Assembly: GCF_009914755.1 (NCBI RefSeq)
Contig: NC_060948.1
Length of the DNA stretch: 64,000 nucleotides
Reading direction: 5' to 3' (one strand)
From: the human T2T-CHM13v2.0 reference genome, Homo sapiens
How positions within the stretch are numbered: position 1 is the stretch's first letter; every line of letters begins with the position of its first letter. This document shows positions 22,067 to 41,693 of the stretch, one piece after another. The notes beneath the pieces are model-generated. The model did no database searches. It worked only from the letters and a program-made list of their open reading frames with translations, and was not told the DNA's origin. A program made the position numbers and the translations under genes.

Positions 22067-22358
22067 TTTTTTTTTAGACAGAATCTTGTCCTGTTGCACA
22101 GTGTGGGGTACAATGGCGCCATCTTTGCTCACTGCAACTTCTGCCTCACAGGTCCAAGCGATTGTCCTCCCTCAGCCTCCCAGGTAGCTGGGACTACACC
22201 ACACTGGGACTACACCAGCTGCCACCATGCCTAGCTAATTTTTTGGATTTTTAGTAGTGACAGCGTTTCACTGTATTGGCCAGGATGGTCTTGATCTCTT
22301 CACCTTGTGATCCCCTTGCCTTGGCCTCCAAATTTGCTGGGATTACAGGCCTGAGCCA
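22067..22358 (-). mobile_element. Alu in DYZ2 unit 10
   Basis: Alu copy, gaatc/ggggtac/aacttc haplotype. Confidence 0.93.
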
Positions 22359-24479
22359 AGATCCATATTTTTTAAATGAAAAAAAATTTCAAAGGTACTC
22401 TGCTTGGTACAATAATCAAATGTATAAACTGAGGAATAAAACATAACCATGAAACCTACTTATAACTGCATATGGAAAATACAGAGGATAATTTTTTAAA
22501 TAACATATTTAGAAAGCCTTAACTAGTAATTTGAAGAGCTGGCATTTGAAAGTCCAGTATGAATATACCTTCAAAGGAGCAACACAGGTTCCCCATGAGA
22601 AAAAGCAAACACAGGGAAAATAAAAACACAAAGGTTCAATCTCTTCTGACCTTTGAAAGACACAGCACAGACAGTGGTCCTTAGGACGAAGAGCAGGAGA
22701 CCCCTAATTCCGTCACCATGGCGATAGGGCATAAACATTGCTGGGTGAGGGCACAATCCACATTGTGAGGTCCAACTGCTGCCAGGAAGACAGGAGTGCT
22801 TTTACATAGACCGAAAGGTCATTGAAGGCTCAGAGTTTTGTTTCAAGAACTGAATCCCAAGCCCACACGTTATTAGGCTGCGCTTCTTAAAACAAGTTAT
22901 GAGATGGGAAAAAGGGCACCCACAAACATAGGTATACATTATGTATATAATAATATAGAGTGTTATATATATAATATATATAACCTATGTATAATATTGT
23001 TTTACATCCTGCATCTTATGTTATATATATTGTATAAAATATAATAATTGATAATATATAAGTTTTATAATTATACAATATGACATATAGTATATATTAT
23101 AATTTATGACATATATAATATATGTTATATATCATATATAGAATATATTATACGGTTAATATACGTATTAAATATAAATTATACATTATATATATTATAT
23201 ATAATATATCTGTTATATATAATACCCATTATGCATAATATATATATTATGTCTATGTTATATATAGTATAAAACAACATATAATAATATATAATTGTAT
23301 ATATAAAATGCGACATATAATATATATTATATTTTATAACATATGTAATATATATTATATATAATACGTTGTATGTATAATACCTATATTAAATATATAT
23401 TATATGACTATGTTATTAACTACATGTCACATGTGTTATATATTATATATTTTACATAGAATATACCGGTTACATACAATATATACTATGTTACCTATAA
23501 TGTATAATTTATTACATGTAAAATAAAGAATGCAATATATTATGTAAAATTTATAATATACAATATGTGGAATGTGATATATATAACATATAATATATGA
23601 TATATGATATACAGTATATGATATATAACATACAATATATGATTCCTAATATATATGGTATACAATATATATTTTATGATATGTATTCTATATGTTTTAT
23701 ATTCTGTTATATATAACTATTTGAAATTATATATAACTGTATAATATTTTATGTAAATATGTAATATAATATATATAACTATATAATATATTATATATAA
23801 CTATATATTATGTTATATATACTTTTATAACATAATTTACATAAAATATCATAATATAATATATATTATATTATTTCATATTACATAATATATATTACAT
23901 ATCACCCAATATAACTAACATACATAATATTATAATATAGATTATATTATGTTATATTAAATATCATATATATCATGTATCATATATTCTATAATATATA
24001 TTACACATTATATAATATGTATGTTGTCTATTATGTGATATATATAACTATATATATAATTATATTTTTATACATATAACTAGATAAACATGTAATTCTA
24101 CATATTTTCATTTATAATATGTAGAATTATATAATCATATATAATTATTTATATTCTATAAAAAATTTTATCATTATATAAATTATAATATATAAAAATT
24201 ATAATATGTACTACAAATATATATATTATATATCATATATGATATAGTACCTTTGTTATATATCATAATACATATAAATGTGTATTATGTTATCTATAAT
24301 TATATAATTTCATATATAAGATGTATAATATGTATCATATATTATATATGTTATGTAATATATATAGTATATATAAGATGACACAGGATAAATATTATAT
24401 ACTATGACATATAAAATATATGAGGTTATATGTTACATATAAGGCATAGCACATAACATGTAATATATATCATATATAA

Positions 24480-24771
24480 TTTTTTTTTAGACAGAATCTT
24501 GTCCTGTTGCACAGGGTGGGGTACAATGGCGCCATCTTTGCTCACTGCAACTTCTGCCTCATGGGTCCAAGCGATTGTCCTCCCTCAGCCTCCCAGGTAG
24601 CTGGGACTACGCCACACTGGGACTACACCAGCTGCCACCATGCCTAGCTAATTTTTTGGATTTTTAGTAGTGACAGCGTTTCACTGTATTGGCCAGGATG
24701 GTCTTGATCTCTTCACCTTGTGATCCCCTTGCCTTGGCCTCCAAATTTGCTGGGATTACAGGCCTGAGCCA
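24480..24771 (-). mobile_element. Alu in DYZ2 unit 11
   Basis: Alu copy. Confidence 0.93.
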
Positions 24772-26896
24772 AGATCCATATTTTTTAAATGAAAAAAAAT
24801 TTCAAAGGTACTCTGCTTGGTACAATAATCAAATGTATAAACTGAGGAATAAAACATAACCATGAAACCTACTTATAACTGCATATGGAAAATACAGAGG
24901 ATAATTTTTTAAATAACATATTTTGAAAGCCTTAACTAGTAATTTGAAGAGTTGGCATTTGAAAGGCCAGTATGAATATACCTTCAAAGCAGCAACACAG
25001 GTTCCCCATGAGAAAAAGCAAACACAGGGAAAATAAAAACACAAAGGTTCAATCTCTTCTGACCTTTGAAAGACACAGCACAGACAGTGGTCCTTAGGAC
25101 GAAGAGCAGGAGACCCCTAATTCCGTCACCATGGCGATAGGGCATAAATATTGCTGGGTGAGGGCACAATCCACATTGTGAGGTCCAACTGCTGCCAGGA
25201 AGACAGGAGTGCTTTTACATAGACCGAAAGGTCATTGAAGGCTCAGAGTTTTGTTTCAAGAACTGAATCCCAAGCCCACACGTTATTAGGCTGCGCTTCT
25301 TAAAACAAGTTATGAGATGGGAAAAAGGGCACCCACAAACATACGTATACATTATGTATATAATAATATACAGTGTCATATATATAATATATATAACCTA
25401 TGTATAATATTGTTTTACATCCTGCATCTTATGTTATATATATTGTATAAAATATAATAATTGATAATATATAGGTTTTATAATTATACAATATGAAATA
25501 TAGTATATATTATAATTTATGACATATATAATATATGTTATATATCATATATAGAATATATTATACGGTTAATATACGTATTAAATATAAATTATACATT
25601 ATATATATTATATATAATATATCTGTTATATATAATACCCATTATGCATAATATATATATTATGTCTATGTTATATATAGTATAAAACAACATATAATAA
25701 TATATAATTGTATATATAAAATGCGACATATAATATATATTATATTTTATAACATATGTAATATATATTATATTATATATAATACGTTGTATGTATAATA
25801 CCTATATTAAATATATATTATATGACTATGTTATTAATTACATGTCACATGTGTTATATATTATATATTTTACGTAGAATATACCGGTTACATACAATAT
25901 ATACTATGTTACCTATAATGTATAATTTATTACATGTAAAATAAAGAATGCAATATATTATGTAAAATTTATAACATACAATATGTGGAATGTGATATAT
26001 ATAACATATAATATATGATATATGATATACAGTATATGATATATAACATACAATATATGATTCCTAATATATATGGTATACAATATATATTTTATGATAT
26101 GTATTCTATATGTTTTATATTCTGTTATATATAACTATTTGAAATTATATATAACTGTATAATATTTTATGTAAATATGTAATATAATATATATAACTAT
26201 ATAATATATTATAGATAACTATATATTATGTTATATATACTTTTATAACATAATTTACATAAAATATCATAATATAATATATATTATATTATTTCATATT
26301 ACATAATATATATTACATATCACCCAATATAACTAACATACATAATATTATAATATAGATTATATTGTGTAATATTAAATATCATATATATCATGTATCA
26401 TATATTCTATAATATATATTACACATTATATAATATGTATGTTGTCTATTATGTGATATATATAACTATATATATAATTATATTTTTTACATATAACTAG
26501 ATAAACATGTAATTCTACATATTTTCATTTATAATATGTAGAATTATATAATCATATATAATTATTTATATTGTATAAAAAATTTTATCATTCTATAAAT
26601 TATAATATATAAAAATTATAATATGTACTACAAATATATATATTATATATCATATATGATATAGTACCTTTGTTATATATCATAATACATATAAATGAGT
26701 ATTATGTTATCTATAATTATATAATTTCATATATAAGATGTATAATATGTATCATATATTATATATGTTATGTACAATATATAGTATATATAAGATGACA
26801 CAGGATAAATATTATATACTATGACATATAAAATATATGAGGTTATATGTTACATATAAGGCATAGCACATAACATTTAATATATATCATATATAA

Positions 26897-27188
26897 TTTT
26901 TTTTTAGACAGAATCTTTTCCTGTTGCACAGGGTGGGGTATAATGGCGCCATCTTTGCTCACTGCAACTTCTGCCTCACGGGTCCAAGCGATTGTCCTCC
27001 CTGAGCCTCCCAGGTAGCTGGGACTACACCACACTGGGACTACACCAGCTGCCACCATGCCTAGCTAATTTTTTGGATTTTTAGTAGTGACAGCGTTTCA
27101 CTGTATTGGCCAGGATGGTCTTGATCTCTTCACCTTGTGATCCCCTTGCCTTGGCCTGCAAATTTGCTGGGATTACAGGCCTGAGCCA
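26897..27188 (-). mobile_element. Alu in DYZ2 unit 12
   Basis: Alu copy. Confidence 0.93.
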
Positions 27189-29311
27189 AGATCCATATTT
27201 TTTAAATGAAAAAAAATTTCAAAGGTACTCTGCTTGGTACAATAATCAAATGTATAAACTGAGGAATAAAACATAACCATGAAACCTACTTATAACTGCA
27301 TATGGAAAATACAGAGGATAATTTTTTAAATAACATATTTTGAAAGCCTTAACTAGTAATTTGAAGAGTTGGCATTTGAAAGGCCAGTATGAATATACCT
27401 TCAAAGCAGCAACACAGGTTCCCCATGAGAAAAAGCAAACACAGAGAAAATAAAAACACAAAGGTTCAATCTCTTCTGACCTTTGAAAGACACAGCACAG
27501 ACAGTGGTCCTTAGGACGAAGAGCAGGAGACCCCTAATTCCGTCACCATGGCGATAGGGCATAAACATTGCTGGGTGAGGGCACAATCCACATTGTGAGG
27601 TCCAACTGCTGCCAGGAAGACAGGAGTGCTTTTACATAGACCGAAAGGTCATTGAAGGCTCAGAGTTTTGTTTCAAGAACTGAATCCCAAGCCCACACGT
27701 TATTAGGCTGCGCTTCTTAAAACAAGTTATGAGATGGGAAAAAGGGCACCCACAAACATACGTATACATTATGTATATAATAATATACAGTATCATATAT
27801 ATAATATATATAACCTATGTATAATATTGTTTTACATCCTGCATCTTATGTTATATATATTGTATAAAATATAATAATTGATAATATATAGGTTTTATAA
27901 TTATACAATATGAAATATAGTATATATTATAATTTATGACATATATAATATATGTTATATATCATATATAGAATATATTATACGGTTAATATACGTATTA
28001 AATATAAATTATACATTATATATATTATATATAATATATCTGTTATATATAATACCCATTATGCATAATATATATATTATGTCTATGTTATATATAGTAT
28101 AAAACAACATATAATAATATATAATTGTATATATAAAATGCGACATATAATATATATTATATTTTATAACATATGTAATATATATTATATTATATATAAT
28201 ACGTTGTATGTATAATACCTATATTAAATATATATTATATGACTATGTTATTAATTACATGTCACATGTGTTATATATTATATATTTTACGTAGAATATA
28301 CCGGTTACATACAATATATACTATGTTACCTATAATGTATAATTTATTACATGTAAAATAAAGAATGCAATATATTATGTAAAATTTATAACATACAATA
28401 TGTGGAATGTGATATATATAACATATAATATATGATATATGATATACAGTATATGATATATAACATACAATATATGATTCCTAATATATATGGTATACAA
28501 TATATATTTTATGATATGTATTCTATATGTTTTATATTCTGTTATATATAACTATTTGAAATTATATATAACTGTATAATATTTTATGTAAATATGTAAT
28601 ATAATATATAACTATATAATATATTATAGATAACTATATATTATGTTATATATACTTTTATAACATAATTTACATAAAATATCATAATATAATATATATT
28701 ATATTATTTCATATTACATAATATATATTACATATCACCCAATATAACTAACATACATAATATTATAATATAGATTATATTGTGTAATATTAAATATCAT
28801 ATATATCATGTATCATATATTCTATAATATATATTACACATTATATAATATGTATGTTGTCTATTATGTGATATATATAACTATATATATAATTATATTT
28901 TTTACATATAACTAGATAAACATGTAATTCTACATATTTTCATTTATAATATGTAGAATTATATAATCATATATAATTATTTATATTGTATAAAAAATTT
29001 TATCATTCTATAAATTATAATATATAAAAATTATAATATGTACTACAAATATATATATTATATATCATATATGATATAGTACCTTTGTTATATATCATAA
29101 TACATATAAATGAGTATTATGTTATCTATAATTATATAATTTCATATATAAGATGTATAATATGTATCATATATTATATATGTTATGTACAATATATAGT
29201 ATATATAAGATGACACAGGATAAATATTATATACTATGACATATAAAATATATGAGGTTATATGTTACATATAAGGCATAGCACATAACATGTAATATAT
29301 ATCATATATAA

Positions 29312-29603
29312 TTTTTTTTTAGACAGAATCTTGTCCTGTTGCACAGGGTGGGGTACAATGGCGCCATCTTTGCTCACTGCAAATTCTGCCTCACAGGTCC
29401 AAGCGATTGTCCTCCCTCAGCCTCCCAGGTAGCTGGGACTACACCACACTGGGACTACACCAGCTGCCACCATGCCTAGCTAATTTTTTGGATTTTTAGT
29501 AGTGACAGCGTTTCACTGTATTGGCCAGGATGGTCTTGATCTCTTCACCTTGTGATCCCCTTGCCTTGGCCTCCAAATTTGCTGGGATTACAGGCCTGAG
29601 CCA
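29312..29603 (-). mobile_element. Alu in DYZ2 unit 13
   Basis: Alu copy. Confidence 0.93.
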
Positions 29604-31705
29604 AGATCCATATTTTTTAAATGAAAAAAAATTTCAAAGGTACTCTGCTTGGTACAATAATCAAATGTATAAACTGAGGAATAAAACATAACCATGAAAC
29701 CTACTTATAACTGCATATGGAAAATACAGAGGATAATTTTTTAAATAACATATTTTGAAAGCCTTAACTAGTAATTTGAAGAGCTGGCATTTGAAAGGCC
29801 AGTATGAATATACCTTCAAAGCAGCAACACAGGTTCCCCATGAGAAAAAGCAAACACAGGGAAAATAAAAACACAAAGGTTCAATCTCTTCTGACCTTTG
29901 AAAGACACAGCACAGACAGTGGTCCTTAGGACGAAGAGCAGGAGACCCCTAATTCCGTCACCATGGCGATAGGGCATAAACATTGCTGGGTGAGGGCACA
30001 ATCCACATTGTGAGGTCCAACTTCTGCCAGGAAGACAGGAGTGCTTTTACATAGACCGAAAGGTCATTGAAGGCTCAGAGTTTTGTTTCAAGAACTGAAT
30101 CCCAAGCCCACACGTTATTAGGCTGCGCTTCTTAAAACAAGTTATGAGATGGGAAAAAGGGCACCCACAAACATACGTATACATTATGTATATAATAATA
30201 TACAGTATCATATATATAATATATATAACCTATGTATAATATTGTTTTACATCCTGCATCTTATGTTATATATATTGTATAAAATATAATAATTGATAAT
30301 ATATAAGTTTTATATTTATACAATATGACATATAGTATATATTATAATTTATGACATATATAATATATGTTATATGTCATATGTAGAATATATTATACAG
30401 TTAATATACGTATTAAATATAAATTATACATTATATATATTATATATAATATATCTGTTATATATAATACCCATTATGCATAATATATATATTATGTCTA
30501 TGTTATATATAGTATAACACAACATATAATAATATATAATTGTATATATAAAATGCGACATATAATATATATTATATTTTATAACATATGTAATATATAT
30601 TATATATTATATATAATACGTTGTATGTATAATACCTATATTAAATATATATTATATGACTATGTTATTAATTACATGTCACATGTGTTATATATTATAT
30701 ATTTTACATAGAATATACCGGTTACATACAATATATACTATGTTACCTATAATGTATAATTTATTACATGTAAAATAAAGAATGCAATATATTATGTATA
30801 ATTTATAATATACCATATGTGGAATGTGATATATATAACATATAATATATGATATATGATATACAGTATATGATATATAACATACAATATATGATTCCTA
30901 ATATATATGGTATACAATATATATTTTATGATATGTATTCTATATGTTTTATATTCTGTTATATATAACTATTTGAAATTATATATAACTGTATAATATT
31001 TTATGTAAATATGTAATATAATATATATAACTATATAATATATTATAGATAACTTTATATTATGTTATATATACTTTTATAACATAATTTACATAAAATA
31101 TCATAATATAATATATATTATATTATTTCATATTACATAATATATATTACATATCACCCAATATAACTAACATACATAATATTATAATATAGATTATATT
31201 GTGTTATATTAAATATCATATATATCATGTATCATATATTCTATAATATATATTACACATTATATAATATGTATGTTGTCTATTATGTGATATATATAAC
31301 TATATATATAATTATATTTTTATACATATAACTAGATAAACATGTAATTCTACATATTTTCATTTAAAATATGTAGAATTATATAATCATATATAATTAT
31401 TTATATTCTATAAAAAATTTTATCATTATATAAATTATAATATATAAAAATTATATATACTACAAATATATATATTATATATCATATATGATATAGTACC
31501 TTTGTTATATATCATAATACATATAAATGTGTATTATGTTATCTATAATTATATAATTTCATATATAAGATGTATAATATGTATCATATATTATATATGT
31601 TATGTAATATATATAGTATATATAAGATGACACAGGATAAATATTATATACTATGACATATAAAATATATGAGGTTATATGTTACATATAAGGCATAGCA
31701 CATAA

Positions 31706-32020
<315 letters not shown>

Positions 32021-34125
32021 AGATCCATATTTTTTAAATGAAAAAAAATTTCAAAGGTACTCTGCTTGGTACAATAATCAAATGTATAAACTGAGGAATA
32101 AAACATAACCATGAAACCTACTTATAACTGCATATGGAAAATACAGAGGATAATTTTTTAAATAACATATTTTGAAAGCCTTAACTAGTAATTTGAAGAG
32201 TTGGCATTTGAAAGGCCAGTATGAATATACCTTCAAAGCAGCAACACAGGTTCCCCATGAGAAAAAGCAAACACAGGGAAAATAAAAACACAAAGGTTCA
32301 ATCTCTTCTGACCTTTGAAAGACACAGCACAGACAGTGGTCCTTAGGACGAAGAGCAGGAGACCCCTAATTCCGTCACCATGGCGATAGGGCATAAACAT
32401 TGCTGGGTGAGGGCACAATCCACATTGTGAGGTCCAACTGCTGCCAGGAAGACAGGAGTGCTTTTACATAGACCGAAAGGTCATTGAAGGCTCAGAGTTT
32501 TGTTTCAAGAACTGAATCCCAAGCCCAAACGTTATTAGGCTGCGCTTCTTAAAACAAGTTATGAGATGGGAAAAAGGGCACCCACAAACATACGTATACA
32601 TTATGTATATAATAATATACAGTATCATATATATAATATATATAACCTATGTATAATATTGTTTTACATCCTGCATCTTATGTTATATATATTGTATAAA
32701 ATATAATAATTGATAATATATAAGTTTTATATTTATACAATATGACATATAGTATATATTATAATTTATGACATACATAATATATGTTATATGTCATATG
32801 TAGAATATATTATACGGTTAATATACGTATTAAATATAAATTATACATTATATATATTATATATAATATATCTGTTATATATAATACCCATTATGCATAA
32901 TATATATATTATGTCTATGTTATATATAGTATAAAACAACATATAATAATATATAATTGTATATATAAAATGCGACATATAATATATATTATATTTTATA
33001 ACATATGTAATATATATTATATATTACATATAATACGTTGTATGTATAATACCTATATTAAATATATATTATACGACTATGTTATTAATTACATGTCACA
33101 TGTGTTATATATTATATATTTTACATAGAATATACCGGTTAAATACAATATATACTATGTTACCTATAATGTATAATTTATTACATGTAAAATAAAGAAT
33201 GCAATATATTATGTATAATTTATAATATACAATATGTGGAATGTGATATATATAACATATAATATATGATATATGATATACAGTATATGATATATAACAT
33301 ACAATATATGATTCCTAATATATATGGTATACAATATATATTTTATGATATGTATTCTATATGTTTTATATTCTGTTATATATAACTATTTGAAATTATA
33401 TATAACTGTATAATATTTTATGTAAATATGTAATATAATATATATAACTATATAATATATTATAGATAACTATATATTATGTTATATATACTTTTATAAC
33501 ATAATTTACATAAAATATCATAATATAATATATATTATATTATTTCATATTACATAATATATATTACATATCACCCAATATAACTAACATACATAATATT
33601 ATAATATAGATTATATTGTGTTATATTAAATATCATATATATCATGTATCATATATTCTATAATATATATTGCACATTATATAATATGTATGTTGTCTAT
33701 TATGTGATATATATAACTATATATATAATTATATTTTTATACATATAACTGGATAAACATGTAATTCTACATATTTTCATTTATAATATGTAGAATTATA
33801 TAATCATATATAATTATTTATATTCTATAAAAAATTTTATCATTATATAAATAATAATATATAAAAATTATAATATGTACTACAAATATATATATTATAT
33901 ATCATATATGATATAGTACCTTTGTTATATATCATAATACATATAAATGTGTATTATGTTATCTATAATTATATAATTTCATATAAAAGATGTATAATAT
34001 GTATCATATATTATATATGTTATGTAATATATATAGTATATATAAGATGACACAGGATAAATATTATATACTATGACATATTAAATATATGAGGTTATAT
34101 GTTACATATAAGGCATAGCACATAA

Positions 34126-34440
<315 letters not shown>

Positions 34441-36545
34441 AGATCTATATTTTTTAAATGAAAAAAAATTTCAAAGGTACTCTGCTTGGTACAATAATCA
34501 AATGTATAAACTGAGGAATAAAACATAACCATGAAACCTACTTATAACTGCATATGGAAAATACAGAGGATAATTTTTTAAATAACATATTTTGAAAGCC
34601 TTAACTAGTAATTTGAAGAGTTGGCATTTGAAAGGCCAGTATGAATATACCTTCAAAGCAGCAACACAGGTTCCCCATGATAAAAAGCAAACACAGGGAA
34701 AATAAAAACAGAAAGGTTCAATCTCTTCTGACCTTTGAAAGACACAGCACAGACAGTGGTCCTTAGGACGAAGAGCAGGAGACCCCTAATTCCGTCACCA
34801 TGGCGATAGGGCATAAACATTGCTGGGTGAGGGCACAATCCACATTGTGAGGTCCAACTGCTGCCAGGAAGACAGGAGTGCTTTTACATAGACCGAAAGG
34901 TCATTGAAGGCTCAGAGTTTTGTTTCAAGAACTGAATCCCAAGCCCACACGTTATTAGGCTGCGCTTCTTAAAACAAGTTATGAGATGGGAAAAAGGGCA
35001 CCCACAAACATACGTATACATTATGTATATAATAATATACAGTATCATATATATAATATATATAACCTATGTATAATATTGTTTTACATCCTGCATCTTA
35101 TGTTATATATATTGTATAAAATATAATAATTGATAATATATAAGTTTTATAAATATACAATATCTCATATAGTATATATTATAATTTATGACATATATAA
35201 TATATGTTATATGTCATATATAGAATATATTATACGGTTAATATACGTATTAAATATAAATTATACATTATATATATTATATATAATATACCTGTTATAT
35301 ATAATACCCATTACGCATAATATATATATTATGTCTATGTTATATATAGTATAAAACAACATATAATAATATATAATTGTATATATAAAATGCGACATAT
35401 AATATATATTATATTTTATAACATATGTAATATATATTATATATTATATATAATACGTTGTATGTAAAATACCTATATTAAATATATATTATATGACTAT
35501 GTTATTAATTACATGTCACATGTGTTATATATTATATATTTTACATAGAATATAACGGTTACATACAATATATACTATGTTACCTATAATGTATAATTTA
35601 TTACATGTAAAATAAAGAATGCAATATATTATGTATAATTTATAATATACCATATGTGGAATGTGATATATATAACATATAATATATGATATATGATATA
35701 CAGTATATGATATATAACATACAATATATGATTCCTAATATATATGGTATACAATATATATTTTATGATATGTATTCTATATGTTTTATATTCTGTTATA
35801 TATAACTATTTGAAATTATATATAACTGTATAATATTTTATGTAAATATGTAATATAATATATATAACTATATAATATATTATATATAACTATATATTAT
35901 GTTATATATACTTTTATAACATAATTTACATAAAATATCATAATATAATATATATTATATTATTTCATATTACATAATATATATTACATATCACCCAATA
36001 TAACTAACATACATAATATTATAATATAGATTATATTATGTTATATTAAATATCATATAAATCATGTATCATATATTCTATAATATATATTACACATTAT
36101 ATAATATGTATGTTGTCTATTATGTGATATATATAACTATATATATAACTATATTTTTATACATATAACTAGATAAACATGTAATTCTACATATTTTCAT
36201 TTATAATATGTAGAAGTATATAATCATATATAATTATTTATATTCTATAAAAAATTTTATCATTATACAAATTATAATATATAAAAATTATAATATGTAC
36301 TACAAATATATATATTATATATCATATATGATATAGTACCTTTGTTATATATCATAATACATATAAATGTGTATTATGTTATCTATAATTATATAATTTC
36401 ATATATAAGATGTATAATATGTATCATATATTATATATGTTATGTAATATATATAGTATATATAAGATGACACAGGATAAATATTATATACTATGACATA
36501 TTAAATATATGAGGTTATATGTTACATATAAGGCATAGCACATAA

Positions 36546-36860
<315 letters not shown>

Positions 36861-38981
36861 AGATCCATATTTTTTAAATGAAAAAAAATTTCAAAGGTAC
36901 TCTGCTTGGTACAATAATCAAATGTATAAACTGAGGAATAAAACATAACCATGAAACCTACTTATAACTGCATATGGAAAATACAGAGGATAATTTTTTA
37001 AATAACATATTTTGAAAGCCTTAACTAGTAATTTGAAGAGTTGGCATTTGAAAGGCCAGTATGAATATACCTTCAAAGCAGCAACACAGGTTCCCCATGA
37101 GAAAAAGCAAACACAGGGAAAATGAAAACACAAAGGTTCAATCTCTTCTGACCTTTGAAAGACACAGCACAGACAGTGGTCCTTAGGACGAAGAGCAGGA
37201 GACCCCTAATTCCGTCACCATGGCGATAGGGCATAAACATTGCTGGGTGAGGGCACAATCCACATTGTGAGGTCCAACTGCTGCCAGGAAGACAGGAGTG
37301 CTTTTACATAGACCGAAAGGTCATTGAAGGCTCAGAGTTTTGTTTCAAGAACTGAATCCCAAGCCCACACGTTATTAGGCTGCGCTTCTTAAAACAAGTT
37401 ATGAGATGGGAAAAAGGGCACCCACAAACATACGTATACATTATGTATATAATAATATACAGTATCATATATATAATATATATAACCTATGTATAATATT
37501 GTTTTACATCCTGCATCTTATGTTATATATATTGTATAAAATATAATAATTGATAATATATAAGTTTTATAAATATACAATATGACATATAGTATATATT
37601 ATAATTTATGACATATATAATATATGTTATATGTCATATATAGAATATATTATACGGTTAATATACGTATTAAATATAAATTATACATTATATATATTAT
37701 ATATAATATATCTGTTATATATAATACCCATTATGCATAATATATATATTATGTCTATGTTATATATAGTATAAAACAACATATAATAATATATAATTGT
37801 ATATAGAAAACGCGACATATAATATATATTATATTTTATAACATATGTAATATATATTATATATAATACGTTGTATGTATAATACCTATATTAAATATAT
37901 ATTATATGACTATGTTATTAATTACATGTCACATGTGTTATATATTATATATTTTACATAGAATATACCGGTTACATACAATATAAACTATGTTACCTAT
38001 AATGTATAATTTATTACATGTAAAATAAAGAACGCAATATATTATGTATAATTTATAATATACAATATGTGGAATGTGATATATGTAACATATAATATAT
38101 GACATATGATATACAGTATATGATATATAACATACAATATATGATTCCTAATATATATGGTATACAATATATATTTTATGATATGTATTCTATATGTTTT
38201 ATATTCTGTTATATATAACTATTTGAAATTATATATAACTGTGTAATATTTTATGTAAATATGAAATATAATATATATAACTATATAATATATTATACAT
38301 AACTATATATTATGTTATATATACTTTTATAACATAATTTACATAAAATATCATAATATAATATATATTATATTATTTCATATTACATAATATATATTAC
38401 ATATCACCCAATATAACTAACATACATAATATTATAATATAGATTATATTATGTTATATTAAATATCATATATATCATGTATCATATATTCTATAATATA
38501 TATTACACATTATATAATATGTATGTTGTCTATTATGTGATATATATAACTATATATATAATTATATTTTTATACATATAACTAGATAAACATGTAATTT
38601 TACATATTTTCATTTATAATATGTAGAATTATATAATCATATATAATTATTTATATTCTATAAAAAATTTTATCATTATATAAATTATAATATGTAAAAA
38701 TTATAATATGTACTACAAATATATATATTATATATCATATATGATATAGTACCTTTGTTATATATCATAATACATATAAATGTGTATTATGTTATCTATA
38801 ATTATATAATTTCATATATAAGATGTATAATATGTATCATATATTATATATGTTATGTAATATATATAGTATATATAAGATGACACAGGATAAATATTAT
38901 ATACTATGACATATAAAATATATGAGGTTATATGTTACATATAAGGCATAGCACATAACATGTAATATATATCATGTATAA

Positions 38982-39273
<292 letters not shown>

Positions 39274-41378
39274 AGATCCATATTTTTTAAATGAAAAAAA
39301 ATTTCAAAGGTACTCTGCTTGGTACAATAATCAAATGTATAAACTGAGGAATAAAACATAACCATGAAACCTACTTATAACTGCATATGGAAAATACAGA
39401 GGATAATTTTTTAAATAACATATTTTGAAAGCCTTAACTAGTAATTTGAAGAGTTGGCATTTGAAAGGCCAGTATGAATATACCTTCAAAGCAGCAACAC
39501 AGGTTCCCCATGAGAAAAAGCAAACACAGGGAAAATAAAAACACAAAGGTTCAATCTCTTCTGACCTTTGAAAGACACAGCACAGACAGTGGTCCTTAGG
39601 ACGAAGAGCAGGAGACCCCTAATTCCGTCACCATGGCGATAGGGCATAAACATTGCTGGGTGAGGGCACAATCCACATTGTGAGGTCCAACTGCTGCCAG
39701 GAAGACAGGAGTGCTTTTACATAGACCGAAAGGTCATTGAAGGCTCAGAGTTTTGTTTCAAGAACTGAATCCCAAGCCCACACGTTATTAGGCTGCGCTT
39801 CTTAAAACAAGTTATGAGATGGGAAAAAGGGCACCCACAAACATACGTATACATTATGTATATAATAATATACAGTATCATATATATAATATATATAACC
39901 TATGTATAATATTGTTTTACATCCTGCATCTTATGTTATATATATTGTATAAAATATAATAATTGATAATATATAAGTTTTATAATTATACAATATGACA
40001 TATAGTATATATTATAATTTATGACATATATAATATATGTTATATATCATATATAGAATATATTATACGGTTAATATACGTATTAAATATAAATTATACA
40101 TTATATATATTATATATAATATATCTGTTATATATAATACCCATTATGCATAATATATATATTATGTCTATGTTATATATAGTATAAAACAACATATAAT
40201 AATATATAATTGTATATATAAAATGCGACATATAATATATATTATATTTTATAACATATGTAATATATATTATATATTATATATAATACGTTGTATGTAT
40301 AATACCTATATTAAATATATATTATATGACTATGTTATTAATTACATGTCACATGTGTTATATATTATATATTTTACGTAGAATATACCGGTTACATACA
40401 ATATATACTATGTTACCTATAATGTATAATTTATTACATGTAAAATAAAGAATGCAATATATTATGTATAATTTATAATATAGAATATGTGGAATGTGAT
40501 ATATATAACATATAATATACCATATATGATATACAGTATATGATATATAACATACAATATATGATTCCTAATATATATGGTATACAATATATATTTTATG
40601 ATATGTATTCTATATGTTTTATATTCTGTTATATATAACTATTTGAAATTATATATAACTGTATAATATTTTTTGTAAATATGTAATATAATATATATAA
40701 CTATATAATATATTATATATAACTATATATTATGTTATATATACTTTTATAACATAATTTACATAAAATATCATAATATAATATATATTATATTATTTCA
40801 TATTACATAATATATATTACATATCACCCAATATAACTAACATACATAATATTATAATATAGATTATATTGTGTTATATTAAATATCATATATATCATGT
40901 ATCATATATTCTATAATATATATTACACATTATATAATATGTATGTTGTCTATTATGTGATATATATAACTATATATATAATTATATTTTTATACATATA
41001 ACTAGATAAACATGTAATTCTACATATTTTCATTTATAATATGTAGAATTATATAATCATATATAATTATTTATATTCTATAAAAAATTTTATCATTATA
41101 TAAATTATAATATATAAAAATTATAATATGTACTACAAATATATATTGTATATATCATATATGATATAGTACCTTTGTTATATTTCATAATACATATAAA
41201 TGTGTATTATGTTATCTATAATTATATAATTTCATATATAAGATGTATAATATGTATCATATATTATAGATGTTATGTAATATATATAGTATATATAAGA
41301 TGACACAGGATAAATATTATATACTATGACATATAAAATATATGAGGTTATATGTTACATATAAGGCATAGCACATAA

Positions 41379-41693
<315 letters not shown>

